A stretch of DNA of 56,423 bases from a virus (IMGVR_UViG_3300037199_000067:1-56423), one strand, 5' to 3'. Shown: positions 29,478 to 38,350, counted from the first letter of the stretch. Notes: generated from the sequence alone by a model not told the origin. Translations and numbers: made by a program.

Positions 29478-29719
29478 GGAATTTTTATCCAGTCACATTC
29501 GAGCATCAGCCCGTAAGAGCCGGTCAGCATCTTTCCGCAGCGGATACATGGACATTCCACGCCAGTTGGTGTTCTGCGGAGTTCGTTCAGGTGGCATCCA
29601 TGCCGACAGAGTTTCTGACGTATCCACCGAACAAGACGCTGATGCAGACCACCGGCGGGCGTCTCCCGTGAATCGGTAACGTCCCTTGCGCTCGTGAGTT
29701 GGTCGGTCGGTGGCTGCAT
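29465..29719 (-). CDS. Cys-rich hypothetical protein in cassette 4
   Basis: LCRHGCH...VECPCIRCGK; ATG lies inside the right arm of attC4. Confidence 0.55.
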   Translation of the reverse strand: MQPPTDQLTSARDVTDSRETPAGGLHQRLVRWIRQKLCRHGCHLNELRRTPTGVECPCIRCGKMLTGSYGLMLECDWIKIPPDD

Positions 29720-29734
29720 AGCTATTCGTTACTC
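29626..29734 (+). other. attC: attC site 4 (109 bp)
   Basis: ACCGAAC...GTTACTC; arms GCTGATGCAGACCACCGGC / GTCGGTGGCTGCATAGC with extra G and A. Confidence 0.88.
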
Positions 29735-29950
29735 CCCGCTCCTTGGAGCCGGGTAGCCAGCCACACGGTTGCTGATTTCCTGAACCTTACCAACCACAGC
29801 GCGTGCCGCGACCAGAATCTGATGCGCTTCATTAACTGGAACGTCATCACCGTCATCGAGTGTCTCCAGCCATTGAAGCCTATCCTTTACGTGTCGATTG
29901 GATTCCAGTGCCTCAACGGCAAGGTCGTGTATTTCGTTGGTGACTTTCAT
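29729..29950 (-). CDS. Hypothetical protein (73 aa)
   Basis: ATGA coupling; its TAA stop forms the right boundary of the cassette array. Confidence 0.65.
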   Translation of the reverse strand: MKVTNEIHDLAVEALESNRHVKDRLQWLETLDDGDDVPVNEAHQILVAARAVVGKVQEISNRVAGYPAPRSGE

Positions 29951-30295
29951 AATTGTTCAATCGTGAGTAGCGCCCCCTCCTGTCCCGGCAGCACTTTCTC
30001 CGCCCGGATTCGTAACTCGGCAATAACTTTCCAGTTGTCGTCGGGCGGCAATGAGGCAATCAACGAGGACAGCTGTTGCATTGTCAATGTCACGCGCCCG
30101 CTCGTCGGAGATGCGGAGAGTAACTGACACACGAAACTGTTTACGCATTCCTTTTTCCACTGGCGGTTGTTTTTGTTGACGACGGCGTACATGCTGTTTT
30201 TCAGGGCTGGCACATGCCCCAGTCCCTTGACCTCCAAAATAATGGGGGTTGAGTTTTCGGGTATCATTGCTGGCATTTGGAAACTCCGGTTTCAT
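29947..30295 (-). CDS. RusA-like Holliday junction resolvase distributed over two overlapping frames
   Basis: Frame 30295-29957 has RARDIDNATAVLVDCL; frame 30276-29947 has GHVPALKN and PDDNWKVI...EGALLTIE. Confidence 0.6.
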
Positions 30296-30627
30296 CGGTG
30301 CAACACCACGCCTTCATCAGTGCCACAGAACGCCATTGGCTTGGTGGCGAAATCTGCCAGAGCTTCCTTGAGCGCGGGCAGCCGGTTGTGCTCAATCAGG
30401 AACGCGCTCCGGCGACAGGCGTTGGCCTTTTTCTTCTCGAAGTTGCCTTGGTCGCGGAAGTATTCCTGCTCGCCGCTGGTGTTCGCCGGGTTGTTGGCCT
30501 TGTCGTAAAGCTCGCGCATCCTGACTTCGATGGCCTCGGCTTTCTTGAGGTGGGCCTTCATCTTGCGCTTGTATGTGATGATTTCCGCCTCGATCTCGAA
30601 GCGTTTACTGAATCGTTTTTGTGTCAT
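30292..30627 (-). CDS. Hypothetical protein (111 aa)
   Basis: ATGA coupling at both ends. Confidence 0.7.
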   Translation of the reverse strand: MTQKRFSKRFEIEAEIITYKRKMKAHLKKAEAIEVRMRELYDKANNPANTSGEQEYFRDQGNFEKKKANACRRSAFLIEHNRLPALKEALADFATKPMAFCGTDEGVVLHR

Positions 30628-32288
30628 AAAGTTTGTGGTTGTGGCCGTTTCCAGCCGTTCGCTTTCAAATCAGTGATGAGCCGAGATGCTTCCTCGCGCT
30701 TCATGGTCTTGGTCTCGTAGCCGTGCCTTTTTAGAAGCGCCGCTTGCTTCAATGAGCACAGGCCATCGCCCCAGCGATGGAAAAGTTGGGCGATGATTTG
30801 CTTGCCCTGTCCGAATGTCAGTTCGTCAGGATTTAGCCCCTGCTTGGCCAGTAGGTTTCTCTGTTTCTCGCTCAATGTCCGGCCAGCGTCCCAGCCGCGC
30901 TCGCGTTGCGGTGTGATGTCCAGCGCGTCAAACGGATTGATGCGGCTGCTCGTATAGGTTACGCGTGCGACGACCTTACGCTTCCGGTCTTCGGCAATCT
31001 TGCGCCGGCGCTCTTCCTCCTTGCGGAGATTGTCTTCCTCCTCGGCGATTACATCCACCATGCGGAGACTGCCTTGGGTTTCCTGAACCCGCTTTACGGC
31101 GCGCTCCAGAACCTCATCGCTGACGTTTCCACCGAGTATGTCCGCAGTCGACATTAACTTGTGCTTGCCGCTGTTCCCGACGAAATCGACTATCAGGCAC
31201 GAACGCTTGGCACTGGCGGCAATCGCGGCCTTGCGGGCATCCGCATCAATCAGGTCGTCCACAACACCGGGCAGTGGCCTCATTGATCGACCGCAACACT
31301 GAGCATACAAGCTCCGGCTCTTGGTGGGCCGGGCCATCACAATCACTTCCACTCCGGGGTCGTCAAATCCCTCAGACAGGCAGTTGCAGTTGCAGACCAC
31401 CTGAATGTGTCCGTCCTTGAACTGCGTAAGCAGGTCGCGACGCTTCTCCTTGTCAGTGGTTCCGCACACCCAGTCGGCCATACCTTCGCGGTGGCGGTTG
31501 AAGATGCTGCACACCATTTCCGCCTGCTTGACCGATGAGGTGAAAACAATCGCTCGCTTTGTGCCGATGATTTGGATGGACGCGCCGGCCACGCCTTGCA
31601 TGTTCTTTTCCATCTCCATCACCGCCGCCAGCTCGGCCCCATTCAAGTCACCGCAGGTCGTCTTGATGTGCGAGAAATCCAATCCATCAATCGAAACCAT
31701 CTGCTGGTCGATGGGAACCAACCAGCCGTCGCTGATGGCATCCAGTATCTCGTAGTCGAATGCGACTGACTCGAAGATTTGGCCCAACGCCTGCTCATCC
31801 GTGCGGTCGGGCGTGGCGGTGCAGCCGAAGATTTTCAGGTCAGGATTGCCTTCCAGAAAATGCTTGATGACATGCCGGTAACTGGGAGCCGTGGCCCGGT
31901 GGGCTTCGTCTATAACAATGCACCCGAAGTCCATGGGGTCGAATCTGCGAACCCTCTTTTTCTCAAGCTCTCCGGAGATGAGTGTTTGGATAGAAGCAAC
32001 CACAACTGGTTGGCGGAAGAATCCGTTGGTGGAGGCTGCCAGTTCCGCTTTTTCGATGTCGCACTCCAGCCCGGCGACACGATGAATCTTCTCTCGGGCC
32101 TGAAACAGCAGCTCCTCACGGTGGGCTATGACCATCGTTCGCTTGGGCATCATCTTGGAAATAATGCCAGAGAACACGACGGTCTTGCCTGTGCCCGTCG
32201 GCATCACGACCAGCGTGGAGCGTTTGTCTTTCCACTCCTCGAACGTCTGGTCGATGGCCTTCTGCTGATATGCGCGCTGCGAAATCAT
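30624..32288 (-). CDS. SF2 DEAH-box helicase (IRC3-like)
   Basis: MPTGTGKT, DEAH, TATPDR, LSEGFDDP, QCCGRSMR. Confidence 0.92.
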   Translation of the reverse strand: MISQRAYQQKAIDQTFEEWKDKRSTLVVMPTGTGKTVVFSGIISKMMPKRTMVIAHREELLFQAREKIHRVAGLECDIEKAELAASTNGFFRQPVVVASIQTLISGELEKKRVRRFDPMDFGCIVIDEAHRATAPSYRHVIKHFLEGNPDLKIFGCTATPDRTDEQALGQIFESVAFDYEILDAISDGWLVPIDQQMVSIDGLDFSHIKTTCGDLNGAELAAVMEMEKNMQGVAGASIQIIGTKRAIVFTSSVKQAEMVCSIFNRHREGMADWVCGTTDKEKRRDLLTQFKDGHIQVVCNCNCLSEGFDDPGVEVIVMARPTKSRSLYAQCCGRSMRPLPGVVDDLIDADARKAAIAASAKRSCLIVDFVGNSGKHKLMSTADILGGNVSDEVLERAVKRVQETQGSLRMVDVIAEEEDNLRKEEERRRKIAEDRKRKVVARVTYTSSRINPFDALDITPQRERGWDAGRTLSEKQRNLLAKQGLNPDELTFGQGKQIIAQLFHRWGDGLCSLKQAALLKRHGYETKTMKREEASRLITDLKANGWKRPQPQTL

Positions 32289-33268
32289 TTCTTCTGCGCG
32301 GCCCTTTCACGCACACGTTTGAATTCCGGAGGCAGTACGTCGAACTTGAGCTTGCTTATCACGCCACGGCCTTTGCAGGTCATGCACTTTTCGGGTAGCT
32401 GGCCTTGGCAGTAGGGACACACTGCGAATGGCATCGCGTGCGTGAACGTGGTGTAAATCATCTTCAGGTCGGACAGCGCGGTCGGCCTGATTTCCGCTTG
32501 GTAGAGCTTGTCGCCCTCTTTTAACGCCCGCTCCAAGTTGGAGGAGATGCGGCTGATGGTGGTGAGGATGTCCTGAATCTCTTGCCGACGATTCCAATAA
32601 ACAAGAGCCTTCGGTGGCACCTTGTAGCCAGTCTGGTCGAGCACGACAGGTTCCTTATCAGGAACGGCAGGGGTGCCTGCGGACGGAACTGAACTTTTAA
32701 CTTTAACGTCATTAATTGGTGTTTCTTGTGCCTCAGGGTTCGTTTTCCGAACCCTGCCGGTCTTTTTTGAGTCGTACCGTTTTCCATCTGCGCCGGTTCT
32801 TTTGTCAGTCTGTGGAATCAAGTTGTCGGCTTCAAGCTCTTTCCTAACCTCTCTTACAAGGTCGTCACCAACAGCGGACAGTTCTGCAATCTGCACATTT
32901 GACAACTCCCGGAATGAAGAGAGAGCCGCAATCACTCCAGCTCGCTTGTCGGCATTGGAGCGTCGAAGGCCATGGCTCAGATTCGCCTTGAGCGCGAATT
33001 GTAGGCAGTCCTGATAGGTGCCTTGGAAAACATCAAACGTCGCGCTGGTTGTTCCAGCAGTGAGCATGGCAGTAATCCGGTGGAGCCCATCAGCTATCAG
33101 GAAGTGACCTTGCTCAACCTCAAACAGCACAGCCCTCGGCATGCTCACCTTGCGTTTGTAGGCCGCGCAGTATTCCGATGCGACCTCTTCATGCAATTCT
33201 CCCCTGACCTTTGGGGAACCATTGATGTCGATTTTTGACGGCGACAGGACTTTTAGATTTGGTTTCAT
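32285..33268 (-). CDS. ParB-like N-terminal domain protein with C-terminal Zn finger
   Basis: LIADGLHRITA, AN..HGLRRSNADKR, HTH, CPYC...CMTCKGRG. Confidence 0.75.
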   Translation of the reverse strand: MKPNLKVLSPSKIDINGSPKVRGELHEEVASEYCAAYKRKVSMPRAVLFEVEQGHFLIADGLHRITAMLTAGTTSATFDVFQGTYQDCLQFALKANLSHGLRRSNADKRAGVIAALSSFRELSNVQIAELSAVGDDLVREVRKELEADNLIPQTDKRTGADGKRYDSKKTGRVRKTNPEAQETPINDVKVKSSVPSAGTPAVPDKEPVVLDQTGYKVPPKALVYWNRRQEIQDILTTISRISSNLERALKEGDKLYQAEIRPTALSDLKMIYTTFTHAMPFAVCPYCQGQLPEKCMTCKGRGVISKLKFDVLPPEFKRVRERAAQKK

Positions 33269-33486
33269 AGGTTTGAATCGTTCATTCCCTCATAGACATC
33301 CGCCGCTTGGTGGATGGCTGTGGCTACGATTTGGTTGTCAGACAGCCTCATCGGTGGCTTTACCCGCATGTAGGTGTTGAGTGCGGCTTGAAGTCTTTGA
33401 AAGGTGTCCTTGGGCACCCTGACCGTGAACCGTTTTATGTTTTTCCCAGTTCTTGGAACGGTATCAATAGTGATGCGTTTTGGCAT
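33265..33486 (-). CDS. Ribbon-helix-helix (Arc-like) regulator
   Basis: KRFTVRVPKDTFQRLQAA...LSDNQIV; own TTGACA-17-TAAACA promoter at 33496-33524. Confidence 0.6.
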   Translation of the reverse strand: MPKRITIDTVPRTGKNIKRFTVRVPKDTFQRLQAALNTYMRVKPPMRLSDNQIVATAIHQAADVYEGMNDSNL

Positions 33487-33520
33487 AGTGATGATTGTTT
33501 ACCCGAAACGCACCACCATG

Positions 33521-34663
33521 TCAACCTTTATTCTTCTTCAGCGACGGATCGTCCTGCGCGACCTCCACGTTCTCGCCGACGATGGCTTTTATTTCATCAT
33601 CCAGTTTCTTGCCCTTGAGTTTGGTGACTTCAGCCACGGCCTCCTTGAATTTGGTGTTGCCGACGTTGAGGCAGGCCATGAACTGTTCGATGGTGCCGCC
33701 CTTGGTGGCGAACACGTCGAAGATGGCCTGTGGGTTGAGGTATTTCGTGCGGTTCTTGCCCGGTGCGAATCCCCAGCCGGGTATGGCTTCAGGGTGCTCC
33801 TTGAGCAGCTTCTTCAGCTCGTCCTTGCACTCCTCCAGCCATTTCTGGGCGACGGGCAGGCGGTCAAGGAACATGGCGCGCATCTGTGGCGACCACATGG
33901 CCACTGGGTTCTCGTTCAGCGCGGCGACCATCTGGTCATCCACAATCACCATGCGACCGGCGAACAACTGGTACTCCTTGCAGGTGCCCTTGGCGCGGCA
34001 GTATTTGCACTGCGCTTCGCCGGGCACACGCTTCGCATCTGGCTGGTTGCTGGCGTTTACGCGCGCGTACATTTCCTCTCGGGCGCGCAGGATGTGCTCG
34101 CGGGTGTACACGCACAGCTCGGCGTCCCAAGTGACCAGCGGCTGGATGACGGCGGTGGCCACTTCCTGCAACATGGGCGTGTTCCAGTCGAACAGACAGA
34201 CCTGATCGCGCAGTTGCTGGTTGCTGGGTGCGCTGGGCTGATTTCCTTGAAGCGTTTTGTACTCCACGATGAGCGCCTTGACCCCTTTTCGGTGCGCTGA
34301 ATCAATCTGGCCGCTGTGCATCAGGCCGTCAGCCCACTTTATCCAGAAGCGCCGCTCGCGCACTGGATTGGGTTTGAGGTTGGTGACCTCCGGCCCGAAG
34401 TATTTGATGAGCAGACGGCCCTCAATCTCGTTGCAGGCGTCGTAGGTCTCGGTTTCTTCCAGCGTCAGACCGGCGGGGTCTTGCTTGGCCAGAGCCTTGT
34501 GGATTATGTCGCCATGGTCTGACCATTCCTGCACGTCCTTAGATGGTAGTTCTGGCATCCCGCGCTGGGCAGCGTGTCTCCCAGCACATAAAAGGTCAGC
34601 AGCGGCGTTACTGGCAGACGTGAACTGTCCACGGTCTTGGGTTTCTTCAGTTGGTGTAGTCAT
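33521..34663 (-). CDS. PD-(D/E)XK / Cas4-like exonuclease (DUF2800-like)
   Basis: HGDIIH, SGQID, LIVEYKT, NQQL, PGEAQCKYCRAKGTC; adjacent to RecT. Confidence 0.8.
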   Translation of the reverse strand: MTTPTEETQDRGQFTSASNAAADLLCAGRHAAQRGMPELPSKDVQEWSDHGDIIHKALAKQDPAGLTLEETETYDACNEIEGRLLIKYFGPEVTNLKPNPVRERRFWIKWADGLMHSGQIDSAHRKGVKALIVEYKTLQGNQPSAPSNQQLRDQVCLFDWNTPMLQEVATAVIQPLVTWDAELCVYTREHILRAREEMYARVNASNQPDAKRVPGEAQCKYCRAKGTCKEYQLFAGRMVIVDDQMVAALNENPVAMWSPQMRAMFLDRLPVAQKWLEECKDELKKLLKEHPEAIPGWGFAPGKNRTKYLNPQAIFDVFATKGGTIEQFMACLNVGNTKFKEAVAEVTKLKGKKLDDEIKAIVGENVEVAQDDPSLKKNKG

Positions 34664-34665
34664 AA

Positions 34666-35766
34666 TTACGGATTTTTGATTCGGTTTGCGATGTCAGCGA
34701 ACTGGCCGTGCAGCATATCCAGCACTTCAGGTGACTCCTCAGCAATCTGGTCGAGCGTCTTGGCATCTTCCGTGGAGCCGATTTCGTTCATGAAGTCCAC
34801 GAACTGCTTTTCCTGCATCCCGGCGTCCTTGATAAGCTGTTTGACCTTGTCGAGCATGGTCAGCGGCTCTTCGACGAGCGTGGGCTTGGCCTTCGCAGCC
34901 TTGGGTTTGGCAACCTCCGGTTTTTCAGCTTTTCCGGCGGGTGGGGGGGTGTCCTTCACGACTTCAGCCTCCATAACGGGCTCTGCTGGAGCCTGCGTGG
35001 CCGCTGGGCCATCGAAGACCGGCTTGGAAGGTTCTGAACCCGGATTGTCCACATATGCCACCTCGCCCGTGTCAGCGTCGATTATGGCCCCGTCGTCAAC
35101 CTTGAGTGCTTGCTGCATCTGGATGGACTTCGGCCCCCAAATCTTCAGCAGACTCTTCAGGACGGTTTTCAGAGCCATCCGGTCGCGGCTGGTGACCCAC
35201 AGACAGGTCGCTTCCTTCGCCTTGTCACCCCTCGCCGCGCGGTACGCCTTCGAGTAACGCAGGGCGTGCGCTTCGATCTGCTCGGCTGTCCAGTATTCCG
35301 CGCGCTCAAACCCGTTGATGAGTTTGAATTTTGAAGCGTAGCCGATAACTGGCTCGTTGGGATGGTTGGAGTTGAGTGTCATCTCGCCAGACAGCTCGTC
35401 GTAACTTTCCAGTTCGCCTTTGTGGACGACTTTCCAGCCAAGGTTTTTGTACTGGCCCGAGCGCTGCGCCAGTTGAGCGAAGCCAGCGTACCCGATTTGG
35501 AACTGTGCCTTCTCGCCATAGGGCACGATGTGGGCCTGCCCCAGATTCGGGTCAATAGACAGGTCGAGCGCAGCCGCCGTGAGCGCTGCCCCGATGACGG
35601 AGTTTGGCTCGCATTTGGAAAGCTGCCAGCTCTGGGACACGATTTGCACCAGTGCGGCTGCAAACTGCGGGGCTCGCTGTCCCATGATTTCCTTGAGTCG
35701 GTTCTTCACCTCGTCGCGTTGTACGATGTCCTTCAGTGCTTTGGATTTTATCAGTTCATTTGCCAT
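34666..35766 (-). CDS. recT: RecT-family single-strand annealing protein
   Basis: AAALDLSIDPNLGQAHIVPY..AQFQIGYAGFAQLAQRSGQY; MALKTVLK. Confidence 0.9.
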   Translation of the reverse strand: MANELIKSKALKDIVQRDEVKNRLKEIMGQRAPQFAAALVQIVSQSWQLSKCEPNSVIGAALTAAALDLSIDPNLGQAHIVPYGEKAQFQIGYAGFAQLAQRSGQYKNLGWKVVHKGELESYDELSGEMTLNSNHPNEPVIGYASKFKLINGFERAEYWTAEQIEAHALRYSKAYRAARGDKAKEATCLWVTSRDRMALKTVLKSLLKIWGPKSIQMQQALKVDDGAIIDADTGEVAYVDNPGSEPSKPVFDGPAATQAPAEPVMEAEVVKDTPPPAGKAEKPEVAKPKAAKAKPTLVEEPLTMLDKVKQLIKDAGMQEKQFVDFMNEIGSTEDAKTLDQIAEESPEVLDMLHGQFADIANRIKNP

Positions 35767-35895
35767 AATGTTTTAGTAAAAGAATGCCCCGGCGAGCCCG
35801 CCTGTGAGACGGTTGGAGCGGCGGACAGACAGTGTTAACGCCGTCGCCGGGGTAAAGGTTAGATGTTCGCAGTCCAGTCATTTTCTCCAAGAGTG

Positions 35896-35924
35896 ATTAT
35901 TTGCAAAGTTGCAAATGTTGTCAA
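35896..35924 (-). promoter_or_regulatory. recT promoter overlapped by a TTGCAA-N2-TTGCAA operator-like site
   Basis: TTGACA (35924-19), 17 bp, AATAAT; 35898-35917 matches 46532-46551 and 47085-47104 at 19/20. Confidence 0.65.
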
Positions 35925-35927
35925 TGA

Positions 35928-36362
35928 CTATCTGCGTTTGGGCACGATTGATTTCAGGTTGGCTAACCCTCGCGCTTGGGCCTCGAAGTAAGGCAGTGAG
36001 TGCCTTATGGCTTGCCGAACGGCGAGGTTGGGGTTTTTGAAATGGTCGGTGGTTGATTGAAAGCCACAACTGCCGTGATAGCAGTTCTTGCTGTCACCAT
36101 CGGCCATCATGCACCAGAATGTAAGACCCTGAATGTCGGTTGAGTTGTGAAGCGAAAGGCCGCACAGTTTGTTTGTCAGGCACCAGTGCCAGCCCATATT
36201 CTCCCAGACTCGAACCTTCCAGCCTTTTGTATCCATAAAGGCGAGCGTTTCCTCCGCTTCCAGCTTTGCGCGGTCGTAAGCCTCCACCGTGCAGCCGTGG
36301 CCACAAGCAGTCGAACAGAACGTCCGACCGCGCCGAACTGGTTTCCATGATAATTTACTCAT
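35928..36362 (-). CDS. Hypothetical protein (144 aa)
   Basis: FCSTACGHGCT; WKVRVWENMGWH. Confidence 0.75.
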   Translation of the reverse strand: MSKLSWKPVRRGRTFCSTACGHGCTVEAYDRAKLEAEETLAFMDTKGWKVRVWENMGWHWCLTNKLCGLSLHNSTDIQGLTFWCMMADGDSKNCYHGSCGFQSTTDHFKNPNLAVRQAIRHSLPYFEAQARGLANLKSIVPKRR

Positions 36363-36706
36363 ACCCTTGGTACTCCCGGCGCTGCCAGCCGTGCGAACTT
36401 GGCTGCCAGCTTGGTTCTCACTTCACGCGAAGCAAATGCCTACGTGGCGGCAATCATCTGCTTGGCCAATGGGCTGGTGGCGTTCCGGTAATCATGCCGG
36501 AACTTGATGTTTTTGCCCAAGCTGTGCTGGGCCTTCAGGATGGCGTACTGCACGCGCGACTGGGTGATTCCCAGCTCTGCGGCAATCGCTCGCGTGGTGA
36601 ATCCCTGCATCGCGCGCATCGCTATTGTGCGCGTCAGGGCGTCCGTGTAACACACGGTGTGGCGGCAAAGTCGCCGCGCCTTCTTTTCCATTTCGGTGGT
36701 GCTCAT
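36359..36706 (-). CDS. Sigma70-region-4-like HTH protein with in-frame TAG at 36440-36442
   Basis: GFTTRAIAAELGITQSRVQYAI; the frame continues past TAG to a TGA overlapping the next ATG. Confidence 0.55.
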
Positions 36707-36909
36707 GATTTTCCTGTGGTTAACGCCATGCCCATCGCCACGGCGTGCAGATTGCAGCCGCATTGCGGGCAGAAGTTGACAGCCACTTCGAGCTGCTTCT
36801 TCTTGCGCGTGTAGGTTCTTTTCTGGTGCTTCTGGCCGGCGTGAATCCTCATCGCGGCCACACTGGAGAACTCCCGGTCGCATCCAGGTTCTTCACATTT
36901 TACTTTCAC
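36703..36909 (-). CDS. C2H2 zinc-finger protein with extra CPQCG knuckle
   Basis: CEEPGCDREFSSVAAMRIHAGQKH. Confidence 0.7.
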   Translation of the reverse strand: MKVKCEEPGCDREFSSVAAMRIHAGQKHQKRTYTRKKKQLEVAVNFCPQCGCNLHAVAMGMALTTGKS

Positions 36910-36929
36910 TGTCTTCCTTTGGTTGATGG

Positions 36930-37172
36930 TTATTGGAACAAACTGCCTTGGTTTTTGGCCTCTTTCTTCGCACGCGCGTCCGCCATGGCCTTGAGGCGGA
37001 CTGCGTATTTGAAGGCGTCATCGGCGGGCAACTGCCACCGCTTCTTGCGCCCGTACTCGCGGAACTCGATCAGGTCGCCGACGCGCAAGGCCACCACAAT
37101 GCGGCGCTCCTTTTTGTAGAGCACCGAGTAGCTGCCGCGCGTCAGGCGTCGCACACCGTTGAAGGCGGTCAT
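36930..37172 (-). CDS. Hypothetical protein (80 aa)
   Basis: ATGA coupling to the JAB gene. Confidence 0.7.
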   Translation of the reverse strand: MTAFNGVRRLTRGSYSVLYKKERRIVVALRVGDLIEFREYGRKKRWQLPADDAFKYAVRLKAMADARAKKEAKNQGSLFQ

Positions 37173-38350
37173 AGGTCATCGCCCCACTTGGGGTCTTGCT
37201 TGCCCACCTGTTCGTCCTTTTTCTCACCGAGCTCCTGATCGCTGCGGCGCATCTCATCCATGATGTCATCAGGAATCACGCTGTAATCCTTGCAGACCTG
37301 GAGGACCAGCGAGACGGGTTCGTTGCCGCTCATTTCCTCGATGGTTTCCTCGCACTCAGTCACGGTCAGGTTGTACGCCGCGAAGTATTGCAGCAGCTCC
37401 TCCATGGCGTCGTGGGCACGCACAGCCAGCGGGTCGAGGTTGTCAGCGCCCTTGGTGCGGCGATGCTTCACCTGATTGCCATTGACCTTGGGGGTCACTT
37501 GCGGGCTGCCGTACTTAAACGGCGACTCCACCCATTCGCCCTTGACGAGCTGATGGCGCTTGCCGCCGAACCAGCTGTACTCGCCTTCCTTCCAGCCAAT
37601 GCCATGGCCTGATTGATTCATCGCGTAGCCGCTGTAATCATCCGAAACCATGCTGGTGACTTCCCGCTTGAGCATGTTGGCCTTCCATTGCTCGGGGAAT
37701 TCCACGGTGGACGGTGTGCACATCTGCCGGCGCGCGAGCAGGTCGGCGCCATTGCCCGGCAACATGGCCCGCACTTCCAGCGGCAGGTTGTCCAGCACGG
37801 TGCCGATGTCCCAGAACACGCTCATGTCCGGCTCGAACATGTCGCCCTGGTGGTACAGCCGGGCGTGCAGCGAGTGTTGCGGCTTGCCCATGTCGCCCAC
37901 GGTGATATGCAGTCCGCCCACGTTCTTCTCATCACTCTCGTCGGTGCCGCTTTGGAACGCGGCAATGTCGCAGTGATGATGCACGGTGCCCCAGGCGGTC
38001 CAGTCGGCATCAGTCTCACCGAACAACTCGGCCCGTTGCTTCTTGGCTTCGTCGTTGGAGACTTCCTTGGTGGACAATCCCCAGTCGGCTGACTGCGGGA
38101 ACGCCCACGCGCGCCACGTTGCCAGCTTGGGATTGACGAACAGGCGCACCTGCGCCTCGCTCTTGTGGGTGTCAAAGCTCCACTTGAAGAACGAGAGCAC
38201 CTGGCTCCAGACTTCGTGTGGAATCTTCGGGCCGACGTAGTTGAGATCACCGCTGCACTCGGCCACTTTGTAGCGCAGTTCGGTGGTGAACAGTCCCGCG
38301 CCACCGGGCTTGCGGGACAGTTCGGATATGCTGTTTTTTATCAGTTTCAT
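37169..38350 (-). CDS. JAB/MPN metallo-isopeptidase
   Basis: N-terminal SEAQ glutamate; GTVHHHCDIAAFQSGTDESDE (HxH..S..D); GLHITVG. Confidence 0.85.
   Translation of the reverse strand: MKLIKNSISELSRKPGGAGLFTTELRYKVAECSGDLNYVGPKIPHEVWSQVLSFFKWSFDTHKSEAQVRLFVNPKLATWRAWAFPQSADWGLSTKEVSNDEAKKQRAELFGETDADWTAWGTVHHHCDIAAFQSGTDESDEKNVGGLHITVGDMGKPQHSLHARLYHQGDMFEPDMSVFWDIGTVLDNLPLEVRAMLPGNGADLLARRQMCTPSTVEFPEQWKANMLKREVTSMVSDDYSGYAMNQSGHGIGWKEGEYSWFGGKRHQLVKGEWVESPFKYGSPQVTPKVNGNQVKHRRTKGADNLDPLAVRAHDAMEELLQYFAAYNLTVTECEETIEEMSGNEPVSLVLQVCKDYSVIPDDIMDEMRRSDQELGEKKDEQVGKQDPKWGDDL

Larger units (their letters stand above)
28053..29728 (+). mobile_element. Integron cassette array without integrase (CALIN-like), 4 cassettes
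   Basis: Four attC sites; the 5' core of each cassette is complementary to its own attC R'' box (GTTGGGC, GTTAAGCG, GTTAGGCGAC, GTCCGGCGGA vs GTTCGGTGGA). Confidence 0.85.

Noticed and set aside
28633-29734. Spaced repeats as a CRISPR array
   Set aside because: The units are 99-126 bp imperfect hairpins of differing sequence separated by gene-sized spacers; this is attC structure, not CRISPR.
32285-33268. ParB-like gene as a plasmid-prophage partition system
   Set aside because: No ParA or parS-like array was seen; such ParB-N proteins are common in phage replication modules.
33521-34663. Cas4-like gene as part of a CRISPR-Cas system
   Set aside because: No array or other cas genes; its position next to RecT fits a recombination exonuclease.
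36440-36442. Genome-wide TAG recoding
   Set aside because: Only one internal TAG was noticed, and terL and the giant gene end normally at TAG; no suppressor tRNA was seen.
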